A DNA stretch of 63,969 bases, the filler included, from Octopus bimaculoides (taxonomy: Eukaryota), in assembly GCF_001194135.2 (NCBI RefSeq). It is 8 parts of 8 records of this genome, joined end to end, with 100 filler letters (N's around TTAATTAATTAA, not from the genome) between each part and the next. Parts side by side here need not be neighbours in the genome. Positions count along the whole stretch, not along the records: positions 61,662 to 63,969 come from NC_068993.1; 7 more parts are not named here. One strand, written 5' to 3'. Within the stretch, counting starts at the first letter, position 1; each line of letters opens with the position of its first letter. A program made the translations under genes and the position numbers. Below are positions 63,901 through 63,969 of the stretch, in pieces. Under the pieces are notes generated by a model that saw nothing but the letters and a program-made list of their open reading frames with translations, did no database searches and was not told the origin of the DNA.

Positions 63901-63969
63901 GAACATGTATAATTTGTTTCAATAAATTCGTTAAAGGAATATGGATTTTATTATCAATTTTTAATACTT

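Overview
This is eukaryotic, AT-rich, gap-riddled genomic DNA with no prokaryotic genes, rRNA or CRISPR. The repeat families, microsatellite density and TTAATTAATTAA gap fillers suggest an octopus draft assembly; that assignment is inference. Most of the window is decayed transposable elements: Penelope-like elements (PLEs), R4/Dong-like, Hero-like, RTE and CR1/L2-type LINEs, a Helitron, mariner/Tc1/maT/rosa and hAT DNA transposons, MITEs, several tRNA-derived SINE families and a probable solo LTR. Highlights: (1) an ~8.4 kb PLE locus (23.7-32.1 kb) with an RT+GIY-YIG pseudo-ORF, bracketed by inverted ~420 bp repeats that carry hammerhead ribozymes with very long stem-II insertions and a palindromic stem III; (2) one intact, non-TE-looking ORF for a 173-aa two-transmembrane protein (36860-37381), between a degenerate CCAAT-rich array and a SINE-like 114-bp satellite; (3) an hAT transposase relic whose ends are ~90 bp inverted repeats made from its own coding sequence; (4) a head-to-tail stack of three R4-like LINE fragments; (5) several near-perfect fold-back palindromes. 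All translations and alignments were done by eye, and many boundaries are approximate.
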